Counted from the whole stretch's first letter, positions 37,278 to 49,902 are shown. The stretch: 63,737 bases of DNA, filler included, from Lama guanicoe (GCA_013239625.1; 210 parts of 210 records of this genome joined end to end with filler, not necessarily neighbours in it), one strand, 5' to 3'. Notes: a model not told the origin generated them from the sequence alone. Made by a program: numbers and translations.

Positions 37278-39299
37278 TTTACTTTTGCTNNNNNNNNNNN
37301 NNNNNNNNNNNNNNNNNNNNNNNNNNNNNNNNNTTAATTAATTAANNNNNNNNNNNNNNNNNNNNNNNNNNNNNNNNNNNNNNNNNNNNTCGGTGGCTTG
37401 GCCAAGATGATGGGGCAGAATTGAGACTGAGATCCCTTCTGGGGCTGGTGTTGCCTCTCATTTGGCAGACCTCCAGGTCCAGGGAAGGAAGTCCAGGTTC
37501 CATAGCCACGAGTTTAAGATTTCTTTTCCCCAGGAGCCCTCCCAATGTGTTTTATCCCAGACCCACCCCGCTCTGCGGTGCCCTGTCCATTCGNNNNNNN
37601 NNNNNNNNNNNNNNNNNNNNNNNNNNNNNNNNNNNNNTTAATTAATTAANNNNNNNNNNNNNNNNNNNNNNNNNNNNNNNNNNNNNNNNNNNNACAAAAC
37701 AATACTCCAGAACATATGTGTCCATCTGAAGTTTGGTGGGCTAAAACACAAAAATTCGGCTGAAATGAGGGAAGAGCAGAGTTGGTGCCTGCCACCAAGG
37801 TCCACTTACTAGGGTATCTGAGCCCACAGTTTCAGTGTAACATGTAGAAACAGGGTCTCAGTGGTTCACACAGCTTCAGCCTCCAACTGTACCAGTANNN
37901 NNNNNNNNNNNNNNNNNNNNNNNNNNNNNNNNNNNNNNNNNTTAATTAATTAANNNNNNNNNNNNNNNNNNNNNNNNNNNNNNNNNNNNNNNNNNNNAAT
38001 TCAGGTGTTCTGGAGATGGAAAGGCTTTCTTAATATCCCTCATCTCCGTAAGTTTTCACAAAAAAGGACCCTGAAAACGAATATATGCATGTTTCTGCGA
38101 GCCTGGGACGTGGTGCTGTGCAACAGAAATTGAGACATTGTGACTGACTGCACGTCAATTAAAAGAAAAAATAAAAGGAAACTGTAAGCAAATCACTTTG
38201 GNNNNNNNNNNNNNNNNNNNNNNNNNNNNNNNNNNNNNNNNNNNNTTAATTAATTAANNNNNNNNNNNNNNNNNNNNNNNNNNNNNNNNNNNNNNNNNNN
38301 NAATTCAGGTGTTCTGGAGATGGAAAGGCTTTCTTAATATCCCTCATCTCTGTAAGTTTTCACAAAAAAGGACCCTGAAAACGAATATATGTATGTTTCT
38401 GCGAGCCTGGGAGGTGGTGCTGTGCAACAGAAATTGAGACATTGTGACTGACTGCGCGTCAATTAAAAGAAAAAATAAAAGGAAACTGTAAGCAAATCAC
38501 TTTGGNNNNNNNNNNNNNNNNNNNNNNNNNNNNNNNNNNNNNNNNNNNNTTAATTAATTAANNNNNNNNNNNNNNNNNNNNNNNNNNNNNNNNNNNNNNN
38601 NNNNNTTTACAACCAGGAGGCAAGACTCCCCAATGAAAGCTAAAACTAAAATAGCTAAATATTCTTTGAACCCCCCCCAAAGAATATTTAACAATATAAA
38701 AAGAAAAGAGTAACTTCCCAGTGGAGAAGGTGGGCAGACACCAGCTTAACCAAGAGGTCAAGGTAACCCACAGTAAGACAAACCAACCTTACGTGCCCCT
38801 GATGTGATGNNNNNNNNNNNNNNNNNNNNNNNNNNNNNNNNNNNNNNNNNNNNTTAATTAATTAANNNNNNNNNNNNNNNNNNNNNNNNNNNNNNNNNNN
38901 NNNNNNNNNTGCACTTATATTGCAATATGATTGGCATTGTAGAGTTAGTTAACGCCTCTATCACATCACATAATTATCCTTTCTTCTGGCAGTGGAAACA
39001 ATTAAGATCTATTCTCTTAGCAAATCTAATGTTTATAATACAGATTTGTTGTCTCTAATCACTGTGCTGTGCAGTAGGTCTCAGGCTGTTATTTATCACT
39101 AGTTGCAAATATGNNNNNNNNNNNNNNNNNNNNNNNNNNNNNNNNNNNNNNNNNNNNTTAATTAATTAANNNNNNNNNNNNNNNNNNNNNNNNNNNNNNN
39201 NNNNNNNNNNNNNAAGCCCACCCGCGAGGACACTGCCTCCCACCTTGACAACGGCCTAGACCTTTCTCCTCCTTCCTCTGCCCTCCAAGGGTGGGAGGA

Positions 39300-39417
39300 T
39301 GTCCACCTGCCCTGGGGAGGGCGAGCTTCTTTACTCGGTCTACTGACTGAAATACTAATCTCGCCTGCGAATGCCCTCACAGACACAGCCAGAAGCCATG
39401 CTTTATCAGCTCTCTGG
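39300..39417 (-). mobile_element. MLT2 (ERVL) LTR fragment
   Basis: TTTACTCGGTCTACTGACTGAAATACTAATCTC...CCCTCACAGACACAGCCAGAA...TTTATCAGCTCTCTGG. Confidence 0.75.
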
Positions 39418-40733
39418 NNNNNNNNNNNNNNNNNNNNNNNNNNNNNNNNNNNNNNNNNNNNTTAATTAATTAANNNNNNNNNNNNNNNNNNNNNNNNNNN
39501 NNNNNNNNNNNNNNNNNTACAAGCATTCCAGCATCTCAAAGAATACATCTTTCTTTGTCAAGCCTGTTATTTGCATACTTAATTCAATTCATATGTGCAA
39601 CTAATATATAATTCAGTTGTTTTATGAAAATCAATATCAATAAAATGAAAGAAAAGTAACATAAGTATAACTAGCCTTTTGAAAGAGAACAGAGTAATAT
39701 ATTTGTTCTGGATTGTGGAATNNNNNNNNNNNNNNNNNNNNNNNNNNNNNNNNNNNNNNNNNNNNTTAATTAATTAANNNNNNNNNNNNNNNNNNNNNNN
39801 NNNNNNNNNNNNNNNNNNNNNCATAGTGCAAATGATTGGAAAGATAAATAAATAAACTATATATATATATATTTAGATTCCACATATAAGTAATATCACA
39901 TAATATTTGTCTTTCATATCTTGTAATAATCTCTGATGATTAAGAATATGATAAACATATATATATATATATATATACAACACAATCACTTTGGTATATA
40001 CCAGAAACTAACAGCATTGTAGATGNNNNNNNNNNNNNNNNNNNNNNNNNNNNNNNNNNNNNNNNNNNNTTAATTAATTAANNNNNNNNNNNNNNNNNNN
40101 NNNNNNNNNNNNNNNNNNNNNNNNNCAGTAATGTTAAGCAAATAGAAGTCAAAATAAAGAGTAGTATTATAGATAAAGAGAGACATGATAAAATGATAAA
40201 TTTATCATTTTAAGAAGACGTAGTAATAATAATAATAAATCCATTTCAAAATACATAAAACAAAAATTTTATAACTAAACAGAAATAGATGATTCCTCTG
40301 TTAAAGTCAGAAAATTAACATCCCTTTCTNNNNNNNNNNNNNNNNNNNNNNNNNNNNNNNNNNNNNNNNNNNNTTAATTAATTAANNNNNNNNNNNNNNN
40401 NNNNNNNNNNNNNNNNNNNNNNNNNNNNNTATGTGTATGAGTGAAACGCTGCACCAGAAACTGACTACACTTCAGAAAATTTTTAAAAAGCAGTCTCTTC
40501 GATGACAACCACAGGGTGACAGTAAATTGAAAGGAAACAAGTGTTGCTAACCCTAACGATAAACCAATTCTTGGGAAAAAAAACTTTTTTAAATGATCAA
40601 TGTCCTTATTTTGACAACTGAGGGAAAAAGAAANNNNNNNNNNNNNNNNNNNNNNNNNNNNNNNNNNNNNNNNNNNNTTAATTAATTAANNNNNNNNNNN
40701 NNNNNNNNNNNNNNNNNNNNNNNNNNNNNNNNN

Positions 40734-40937
40734 GGGCGGTTACATATGGGAGAGCGAGGATGCTAATTATGCAAATAGATCATTGGTTCGCACTTAGCTC
40801 ATCAAGACTTTGGTGATTCTGAAGTCGGGACGGCTGCCGCGCGGGGACCACCGCGCCCTCCCCCGCAGCCTCCCCGGCTGCCGAGCCCGCGAGCGCGGCC
40901 GGTGAGTTTCCACGTCAGGGGATGCTGGGCTGCTGCT
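40734..40937 (+). promoter_or_regulatory. Promoter plus probable short first exon: tandem octamer-like sites, inverted CCAAT, CpG-rich exon, donor GTGAGT at 40902
   Basis: ATGCTAAT 40760-40767, ATGCAAAT 40769-40776, ATTGG 40782-40786, CpG-dense 40824-40901, CCG|GTGAGT. Confidence 0.6.
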
Positions 40938-41645
40938 NNNNNNNNNNNNNNNNNNNNNNNNNNNNNNNNNNNNNNNNNNNNTTAATTAATTAANNNNNNN
41001 NNNNNNNNNNNNNNNNNNNNNNNNNNNNNNNNNNNNNCCCCGTTACCCAAGACGCCGCAACGTCAGTGTAAGCACTGATACGCACAGACACGCAAACCAC
41101 AAATGTGATCTCACAAACAAAAACATTAGCCAAGGTGTAGCCCCCAAATTCCACTTCCATTTCCAGACGGGGGACTCCGAACAGACAGGCCCAGCTCCCA
41201 AAAGACAAGGGACCCAGAGTGGCTCACGATGAGCTCAGAGGNNNNNNNNNNNNNNNNNNNNNNNNNNNNNNNNNNNNNNNNNNNNTTAATTAATTAANNN
41301 NNNNNNNNNNNNNNNNNNNNNNNNNNNNNNNNNNNNNNNNNCACCTCAGTCATCAGGTGGGGACTAGGTTCCGGATGGGCGGCAGTGACAACGAGGGCAG
41401 AGCCGAGCTGCCCAGCAGGCACGGGCACAGGGCCCGGGTCCCGCGTGGTGATGAAAAAAATGGGCTGCAGGCATCCGAGCACGTTCCTCCGCGGCACTCA
41501 GAACTGCCAGCCTCAGCCTCCTCATTTACAAGGGGAAAGCGATCTNNNNNNNNNNNNNNNNNNNNNNNNNNNNNNNNNNNNNNNNNNNNTTAATTAATTA
41601 ANNNNNNNNNNNNNNNNNNNNNNNNNNNNNNNNNNNNNNNNNNNN

Positions 41646-41849
41646 GGCCCTGTCCCTGATGAGCCAAGTAACTCAGAGACCAGGCCCTGGAGCTTAGAAG
41701 AAAAAAGGCAGCTTTATTACTTTGCCGGGCAAAGGGAACGCACAGCAGGCTAGTGCCTTCAAAACCGTGAACCCACTTTGGGGATGGGGTAGGGTGGTTT
41801 TATAGCCATAGCTCAAACAATAAAGCATGGATAACAATCAACAGAATCA
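41646..41849 (-). mobile_element. ERV LTR fragment (U3-R-U5 portion)
   Basis: On the minus strand, TATAAAA (41798-41804) is followed ~80 bp later by AATAAA (41713-41718), the compact LTR arrangement. Confidence 0.55.
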
Positions 41850-42929
41850 NNNNNNNNNNNNNNNNNNNNNNNNNNNNNNNNNNNNNNNNNNNNTTAATTA
41901 ATTAANNNNNNNNNNNNNNNNNNNNNNNNNNNNNNNNNNNNNNNNNNNNACATCCAAAATATATAAAGAACTCATACAACTCAAGAGCAAAAAAAAATGT
42001 TTAAATAACCTTATTACAAAACAGGCAAAGGTTTTCAATAGACATTTCTCCAAAAAAGACATACAAATGGCCAACAGGTATATTAACAGATGCTGAAGGA
42101 GAGTAGGACATGCCATTCCAAAAGATGATACTTTGTTTGGCATGTGGATAATTNNNNNNNNNNNNNNNNNNNNNNNNNNNNNNNNNNNNNNNNNNNNTTA
42201 ATTAATTAANNNNNNNNNNNNNNNNNNNNNNNNNNNNNNNNNNNNNNNNNNNNGATGATTAAATGGGTACTTTCCTACCATTCACTAGTGCTTAGCAATG
42301 AAGAATAATAAACAAATGAAGAATATAATGATACTTGTAAATTTGAAAAGCTGTATGTTGAGGGGGTAAAAAAAAGCCTGGTATAAAATACATGATTCAG
42401 TTTTTTACGAAGGCCCAGCAACTATAACACTTACCTATTGTGACAGAAATCAGAAATNNNNNNNNNNNNNNNNNNNNNNNNNNNNNNNNNNNNNNNNNNN
42501 NTTAATTAATTAANNNNNNNNNNNNNNNNNNNNNNNNNNNNNNNNNNNNNNNNNNNNCCCCCATCCTTTTTCCTTATTTTTGTTACAGTTGTGCTTCTTA
42601 CAGAAGTAGAAGCACTTTGCTGGTTTAGTATGAGCTGGGGTTTGAATTGCCCATCTGTTCTGTAAGTCTTTCAAGAGCCTCAGGGGCTTCCTGGGAGTGG
42701 AAGGGTGGAGCGTGTTGGCAACAATATTGTATGCAATTACTGTTTCTTCACATCTTGCTCTNNNNNNNNNNNNNNNNNNNNNNNNNNNNNNNNNNNNNNN
42801 NNNNNTTAATTAATTAANNNNNNNNNNNNNNNNNNNNNNNNNNNNNNNNNNNNNNNNNNNNACTGTCATTAGATATGTACTAGACCCTTGGTAGCTTTCA
42901 ATACCAGAAATGAATGGTCTTCAATTGAA

Positions 42930-43065
42930 ACTTTCTTTTCTTTTTCAATTTTTTTCTTTATTTTCTTTCTTTGTTTCCTTTCCTTTCCTTTCTTTCTTTC
43001 CCTTTTCTTTCTTTCCCTTTTCTTTCTTTCTTTCTTTTCTTTCTTTCCTTCTTTCCTTCTTTCCT
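42930..43065. repeat. (TTTC)/(TTCC)n pyrimidine simple repeat
   Basis: Near-pure T/C tract; explains the F/S/L-rich ORFs. Confidence 0.92.
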
Positions 43066-43495
43066 NNNNNNNNNNNNNNNNNNNNNNNNNNNNNNNNNNN
43101 NNNNNNNNNTTAATTAATTAANNNNNNNNNNNNNNNNNNNNNNNNNNNNNNNNNNNNNNNNNNNNCCTGCCTGGGACGTGCTTCCTGTTCACAAGTCCGG
43201 GCCTTGGAACAGACGTGTTTCTTGCTCAGAGGAGATGTCTCGCCCTGTCCTGAGGCTGGGGTGGCCTGGGTTTTGAAGCCGTGCTCTCTTGGGGTGTCCT
43301 GACACGGGCACTCGGGTCCTGGGTGGATGCATGGTGACTTCTTACCTGTTCCTGTCGTGCAGACCCTCANNNNNNNNNNNNNNNNNNNNNNNNNNNNNNN
43401 NNNNNNNNNNNNNTTAATTAATTAANNNNNNNNNNNNNNNNNNNNNNNNNNNNNNNNNNNNNNNNNNNNCCTGGGACTGACCACAGTGAGTCATC

Positions 43496-43673
43496 CAGAC
43501 CTGTGCTGTCCGACAGGACCCACTGGCCACAGGTGGCTCTCGAACACTTGGACGGGGGCTGGCATGAGTTGAAATGTTTTGTGGGTATAAAATACATGCT
43601 GGGTTTCAGAGACTCAATATGAGGAATCATGTATAATATCTCCCTAACAATTTTTGTGTCAATTACACGGTGA
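43496..43673. mobile_element. hAT-Charlie MITE (MER3/MER33-like); similar at 55630-55833
   Basis: CTGTGCTGTCC..AG..CCACTGGCCACAGGTGGCT..GAACACTTG...TATAAAATACA..CTGGGTTTCAGAGACT. Confidence 0.65.
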
Positions 43674-45393
43674 NNNNNNNNNNNNNNNNNNNNNNNNNNN
43701 NNNNNNNNNNNNNNNNNTTAATTAATTAANNNNNNNNNNNNNNNNNNNNNNNNNNNNNNNNNNNNNNNNNNNNAGTTGGAGTTAGTAAGCCCAGCAAGAA
43801 CAATCATTACCGACTGCCTTTTGGTCCACGACAGCATGCAGGTTGGTCCCCGAGATACCACTTCACTAATGCTTGATGGCTCCGCATTGAGAACATGGGG
43901 ATATGATGTGCCCAGGAAACTAGGAAACGGCATTTATGAGACACTAGTGAGAACTTCTCCGGTCACCCTATCAGAATNNNNNNNNNNNNNNNNNNNNNNN
44001 NNNNNNNNNNNNNNNNNNNNNTTAATTAATTAANNNNNNNNNNNNNNNNNNNNNNNNNNNNNNNNNNNNNNNNNNNNAAACGGAAGGCATCTGTTGCTGT
44101 CAAAGGAAAATTACCCACTTTACATCGCCTCAGGCAGCATCGTCTGGAGGAATCTCCAGGGCCCTATTACACCGTGCTGTCCTCCTTTGTTTGGTAATTC
44201 AGGCCCCCCAAAAAGCTTTTTCTACTTTGTCTTTTTTTTTTTTTAAGGAAAAACTGCCATTGGAGAAAGCACTGAGTGCATNNNNNNNNNNNNNNNNNNN
44301 NNNNNNNNNNNNNNNNNNNNNNNNNTTAATTAATTAANNNNNNNNNNNNNNNNNNNNNNNNNNNNNNNNNNNNNNNNNNNNGTGCAACTTGCTAATTATC
44401 TCAGAGGCAGATCACGGGAGAATGTCCAACCACCTTGTGAAGGGAGAAAGCCAGCGAGTGCTTAACATCTCACGTTCCAGGGCTTCGCGCTTTATGTAAA
44501 CCATGAGCTAAGCACTCACGGAGCCCCTCGGACATCGGGACAGCCGGCACCCCTCTTAGAAAGGAGGACGCAGGCACGGAGGGAGNNNNNNNNNNNNNNN
44601 NNNNNNNNNNNNNNNNNNNNNNNNNNNNNTTAATTAATTAANNNNNNNNNNNNNNNNNNNNNNNNNNNNNNNNNNNNNNNNNNNNAGGGCGGAGGGAGAG
44701 CCCCTGGAAAGGATCACCTCTTAATCCCTGATGGTCTCACACCTCAGCTCACCAGACATCAGCAGTGACCAGGACCACGGGCTGTGGGCGACCTTGCCTG
44801 CTGGGCCGAAGCCAGTCCCATCCTCAGGCTTGTCCCCAATGGCTCTCCCTCCCCTCACACAATCGTCATAGATGGCTTTGCAGTGACTANNNNNNNNNNN
44901 NNNNNNNNNNNNNNNNNNNNNNNNNNNNNNNNNTTAATTAATTAANNNNNNNNNNNNNNNNNNNNNNNNNNNNNNNNNNNNNNNNNNNNTCAAAGAAAAA
45001 TACTCTTGAATCGATTTCTAACCAATACATATGTAATTCTGCAGTTTTCCTCATCATGAAATTCTGAGTTCCAAACATGCTACATGCAGCACGGATTCGG
45101 CAAACTTTCATTACTGAGTAAACAGCATGTGGATTACAGAAATTTCATCTTTAATACAAAGGATATTTACATCAAGAAAACTTTACAGTGATTNNNNNNN
45201 NNNNNNNNNNNNNNNNNNNNNNNNNNNNNNNNNNNNNTTAATTAATTAANNNNNNNNNNNNNNNNNNNNNNNNNNNNNNNNNNNNNNNNNNNNCGCCGAA
45301 TCTGATAAATCTCAGAAACTTTTTTCTGGGATGCAGCAATGTGTAATCCTTCAGAGTCTACAGAATGATCTATTTGAGTGACACGAACTGTGT

Positions 45394-45497
45394 GTCAGGA
45401 TGGCCGAGTGGTCTAAGGCGCCAGACTCAAGCGTTCGCTTCCCGCTACTGGGGATTCTGGTCTCCGAATGGAGGCGTGGGTTCGAATCCCACTTCTG
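45394..45497 (+). tRNA. tRNA-Leu(CAA), intron-containing; last 3 nt cut off by the contig end
   Basis: GTCAGGATGGCCGAGTGGTCTAAGGCGCCAGACTCAAG, then a 23-nt intron (45432-45454), then TTCTGGTCTCCGAATGGAGGCGTGGGTTCGAATCCCACTTCTG. Anticodon CAA is at 45428-45430; A and B boxes and the long variable arm are intact. Confidence 0.97.
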
Positions 45498-46205
45498 NNN
45501 NNNNNNNNNNNNNNNNNNNNNNNNNNNNNNNNNNNNNNNNNTTAATTAATTAANNNNNNNNNNNNNNNNNNNNNNNNNNNNNNNNNNNNNNNNNNNNTTT
45601 AGACTTTTTCTCCCCAAATCCCACCCTAAGTCAACACACACATCCCGTTTATAGAGGAGGGGCTGCGAACACTGAGGGCTGAGGGCTGAAGAGACCTTCC
45701 AAAGTCACCCAGTTCTTCACCTCCCCTCCTGCTGACCCATCACTGGTCCACATGGTCCCCCGGTCTCCACCCTCCTCCGTTCATTTCACAGGGTTTTGGT
45801 TNNNNNNNNNNNNNNNNNNNNNNNNNNNNNNNNNNNNNNNNNNNNTTAATTAATTAANNNNNNNNNNNNNNNNNNNNNNNNNNNNNNNNNNNNNNNNNNN
45901 NTGTAATTAGAAGTTCAGTCTTGGCCTGGAGGCTTCTTTAGAATCAAAACCAATAAGGGACTCAGATACTGACACCATGTGTAATCACCCTTCTTACCCG
46001 ACGTGTGTGTCCAGCTGCTAGACTCTAGCACAGAGTCTGGCCACAAACTGTCACAGGACGGGATCGCAGACAAAAAATTTGACAGACACAGATGACTTCT
46101 CACCGNNNNNNNNNNNNNNNNNNNNNNNNNNNNNNNNNNNNNNNNNNNNTTAATTAATTAANNNNNNNNNNNNNNNNNNNNNNNNNNNNNNNNNNNNNNN
46201 NNNNN

Positions 46206-46409
46206 TCTGTATTCTGAATTCGAAATTCTGAGTTCTGCATTCGATGTTCTAATTACTATATTCAGTATTTTGTATTCTCTATTCTAAATTCTGTGTGCTG
46301 CATTCAATTTTTAAATTCTGGTTGTATAGTCTCTTTTATATATTCTATACTTTGTGTTCATCATTCTATTTTCAACATTCTATATTCTGCCGTCCGTATT
46401 CTATTTTCT
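46206..46409 (-). repeat. Heptamer/63-bp satellite, reverse-complement relative of 10032-10235
   Basis: ATTCT at 7-bp spacing; CTGCATTC at 46235 and 46298 (63 bp apart). Confidence 0.8.
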
Positions 46410-48637
46410 NNNNNNNNNNNNNNNNNNNNNNNNNNNNNNNNNNNNNNNNNNNNTTAATTAATTAANNNNNNNNNNNNNNNNNNNNNNNNNNNNNNNNNNN
46501 NNNNNNNNNCATTTGTTCCCAGAAAACATGCAAAGATCTCATAGGATAAGTTTCCGTGTGTTTTTTTTTTAGAATAAGTTTTTTTTTTAATATTTCATAA
46601 TCCACATACAAATTTAGGTGTAACTTTCCATAAAGTCATTCATTATACTGGGACATCTGTTGTTAGGTAAGAAATAGTCCCTTTTAAGGAAATGTTCTAA
46701 CTGATGAGGGCCCNNNNNNNNNNNNNNNNNNNNNNNNNNNNNNNNNNNNNNNNNNNNTTAATTAATTAANNNNNNNNNNNNNNNNNNNNNNNNNNNNNNN
46801 NNNNNNNNNNNNNTTTCCTGTATCTCACCGTGCAGGCTTTGTCTTGTGTCCTTACTGCATTTACTCCTTCGGTGTTTTTATCCCCCCACCACTCGATTCT
46901 GATGCCACGAGGACAAGGCCGATGACTGTTTCCCTCACCTGGGTGTGTCCGTTGCTCGGTAGCCTGAGTGGCACGGAGACGTGGCTCAGTAACTCCTCGT
47001 TGCAGCTGAAAAACGAGNNNNNNNNNNNNNNNNNNNNNNNNNNNNNNNNNNNNNNNNNNNNTTAATTAATTAANNNNNNNNNNNNNNNNNNNNNNNNNNN
47101 NNNNNNNNNNNNNNNNNAGTGAAGGTCCCAGGTGAGGACAGCAAACTGGAGAACACGTGCCCCACTGAGAAGGGGCAAATCTTGTAGGGCAGACCACAGA
47201 GTAGCCTGTGTAACAGGGGGACCAAATTTGACTATTTGAAGAGGTCCAAAATGCAAATTTCTGCATGAGTTGCCTAAATTTTAAATGTTGACTCAATCTG
47301 TGGAAGCAACCTGAACATATCNNNNNNNNNNNNNNNNNNNNNNNNNNNNNNNNNNNNNNNNNNNNTTAATTAATTAANNNNNNNNNNNNNNNNNNNNNNN
47401 NNNNNNNNNNNNNNNNNNNNNATTATTTAAAAAAATAAATAAACAAACTGACTCTCCTTATAACCTCTCACATAGCTTCACATATCTCTGTTAATAACAG
47501 TCAAAGTTCTCACCAAGGCCATCAGCGCCCAGCATGACTGGCTCCTGACTTCCTCTCTGACCTCATCTTACACAGCTCCCCAACCTGCTTGCTCTGCTCT
47601 GGTCACTCTAGCCTCCTTTCTGTCCNNNNNNNNNNNNNNNNNNNNNNNNNNNNNNNNNNNNNNNNNNNNTTAATTAATTAANNNNNNNNNNNNNNNNNNN
47701 NNNNNNNNNNNNNNNNNNNNNNNNNTTCCCACTGCCTCTGAAATTCTCCCCACGCACTTTTCCTCCAACCTGTCAGAACTTGTTCCTCTGAAGTTAACTC
47801 CTCTGAGGACCCAGAGGGTAATCTCACAATTACTTTCTTTCCTGGACGAAAGTAAAGTGCAAACCGTATTCAAAGATTTCCCCAAACTGAACAAAGGTCC
47901 TCCCTGAGGAACTTAACGGGGTCCCTCAGNNNNNNNNNNNNNNNNNNNNNNNNNNNNNNNNNNNNNNNNNNNNTTAATTAATTAANNNNNNNNNNNNNNN
48001 NNNNNNNNNNNNNNNNNNNNNNNNNNNNNATCTTATTTTTCCTACTGTGGAAAAAACCATCATTATCCAGTTTTGACAGTATGATACATTTGCCCACTTC
48101 CCAGAAGGTGCACAGGAAACAGAACTTGAGAAATGCGGGCTTGTACCATGCTGAGCTACAGGCTTCAAGGTCCTGTAACCTTGAAGACCTAAACGTTGCT
48201 AAAAGAAACTTCTCTCCTTTAGAGAATGGAAAANNNNNNNNNNNNNNNNNNNNNNNNNNNNNNNNNNNNNNNNNNNNTTAATTAATTAANNNNNNNNNNN
48301 NNNNNNNNNNNNNNNNNNNNNNNNNNNNNNNNNAATACTGGAGATCCTGCAAGTAAAGATTGATTGTTGAAATAAAAATTCAATAGACTGAGGAAAAAGT
48401 GAACACAGCTTGAGAGTCAGCCTGGGAGCCCCCCCAGGACAGCAGGACTAGCCTTGAGAGACTACCTGGGGGGGTCAATGATTGTAGAAGATAGAGCCAA
48501 AATTTACTCAGTAACAAACTTTATAAGAAGATAATTTNNNNNNNNNNNNNNNNNNNNNNNNNNNNNNNNNNNNNNNNNNNNTTAATTAATTAANNNNNNN
48601 NNNNNNNNNNNNNNNNNNNNNNNNNNNNNNNNNNNNN

Positions 48638-48839
48638 ACTGGCTGGTGGCTCCAGCTGATAAGTAGGCCTTTTGGGGGGGTGCTCTCTTTCCATCCTTTC
48701 TGTTTGGGTGCTCGTTCTTCCAGTGTCCTGTCTCCTGGCAGTATGCACACTGGTCTTGGCCCAGGGGCATCCATGGTTGGGGTCCCCTCTTACGGGGTGG
48801 TGCAGGATTCTGGCTGAAGCTTGTTTTCCCCAGGGCTGC
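48638..48839 (-). mobile_element. gag: Class I (gammaretrovirus-like) ERV gag fragment, capsid end plus nucleocapsid zinc knuckle
   Basis: Open frame AALGKTSFSQNPAPPRKRGPQPWMPLGQDQCAYCQETGHWKNEHPNRKDG...; DQCAYC.E.GHW matches the MLV-type nucleocapsid knuckle. Confidence 0.9.
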
Positions 48840-49902
48840 TGNNNNNNNNNNNNNNNNNNNNNNNNNNNNNNNNNNNNNNNNNNNNTTAATTAATTAANNN
48901 NNNNNNNNNNNNNNNNNNNNNNNNNNNNNNNNNNNNNNNNNTCAGCAGGAAAGAATGTGGGGTTGTGGAAGATCATGTTAAATGGCTCCTTAAAGAGCCA
49001 TCCCCAAACCTCATGTCCGTTTATACCTTCCACTACGCAACCTGAAAAAGCAGAATACTTGCTTTTCCATTTTTCCTTGCATCTAGAGATGGCCAGAGGA
49101 CCCAGGTCTGGGCCATGGGACAAAACTGGAGCCTGCTGATAAGAGNNNNNNNNNNNNNNNNNNNNNNNNNNNNNNNNNNNNNNNNNNNNTTAATTAATTA
49201 ANNNNNNNNNNNNNNNNNNNNNNNNNNNNNNNNNNNNNNNNNNNNCTGGTAGGTCATTTCCAAGTTAAAGATACCATTTTTTAAAGTCTCAAAGGTTTTT
49301 TTAATCACTTTAAAAATTAAGATTAACAAAGATCCGGGAAATAATAATCATTCAGAATACCGAATGGCTCGAGTTACCCACCCCCAAAAAAGAGATAACG
49401 GAATGATTCTTCCACAGCACATGGGAAAATCCATGGGTCATGGCTAATGNNNNNNNNNNNNNNNNNNNNNNNNNNNNNNNNNNNNNNNNNNNNTTAATTA
49501 ATTAANNNNNNNNNNNNNNNNNNNNNNNNNNNNNNNNNNNNNNNNNNNNTACAGTAATGACTTAGCCTTTTACAGCATCAAGAATATATAGCAGTTTATC
49601 TGTTAAAAAGAGAATTTGACTAAAAGTTATATAATGAGAAATAATACACGTATGTGTACATGTATTTTACTATTAAGCTAAAATGTCCGAGTTCCCATGT
49701 GATGATGAGAGAGGGAAGTAGTACCACTTCGACATGAGGCACCGTCTGTAGTTNNNNNNNNNNNNNNNNNNNNNNNNNNNNNNNNNNNNNNNNNNNNTTA
49801 ATTAATTAANNNNNNNNNNNNNNNNNNNNNNNNNNNNNNNNNNNNNNNNNNNNTCCCGTGAATATTCTTTTGTACATACTCCTTGGAGTAGTTTTGAGGT
49901 CT

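Noticed and set aside
43774..43977. Stop-free 67-codon frame with a protein-like look (possible exon, viral insert or contaminant)
   Set aside because: No motif recognised. A 68-codon frame is stop-free by chance about 4% of the time per frame, so dozens are expected among 210 contigs. A BLASTx search would settle it.
45960..45985. Minus-strand ...CA-TGGTGTCAG resembling an LTR end plus tRNA-Leu primer-binding site
   Set aside because: Only the first 9 of 18 primer-binding-site bases match contiguously and no LTR was recognised. Proximity to the tRNA-Leu contig is an accident of concatenation.
48429..48474. Perfect 10-bp inverted repeat CCCCCCCAGG / CCTGGGGGGG (possible hairpin RNA or MITE)
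   Set aside because: The stem is mostly homopolymer, the inner region pairs poorly, and no target-site duplication or second copy was seen.
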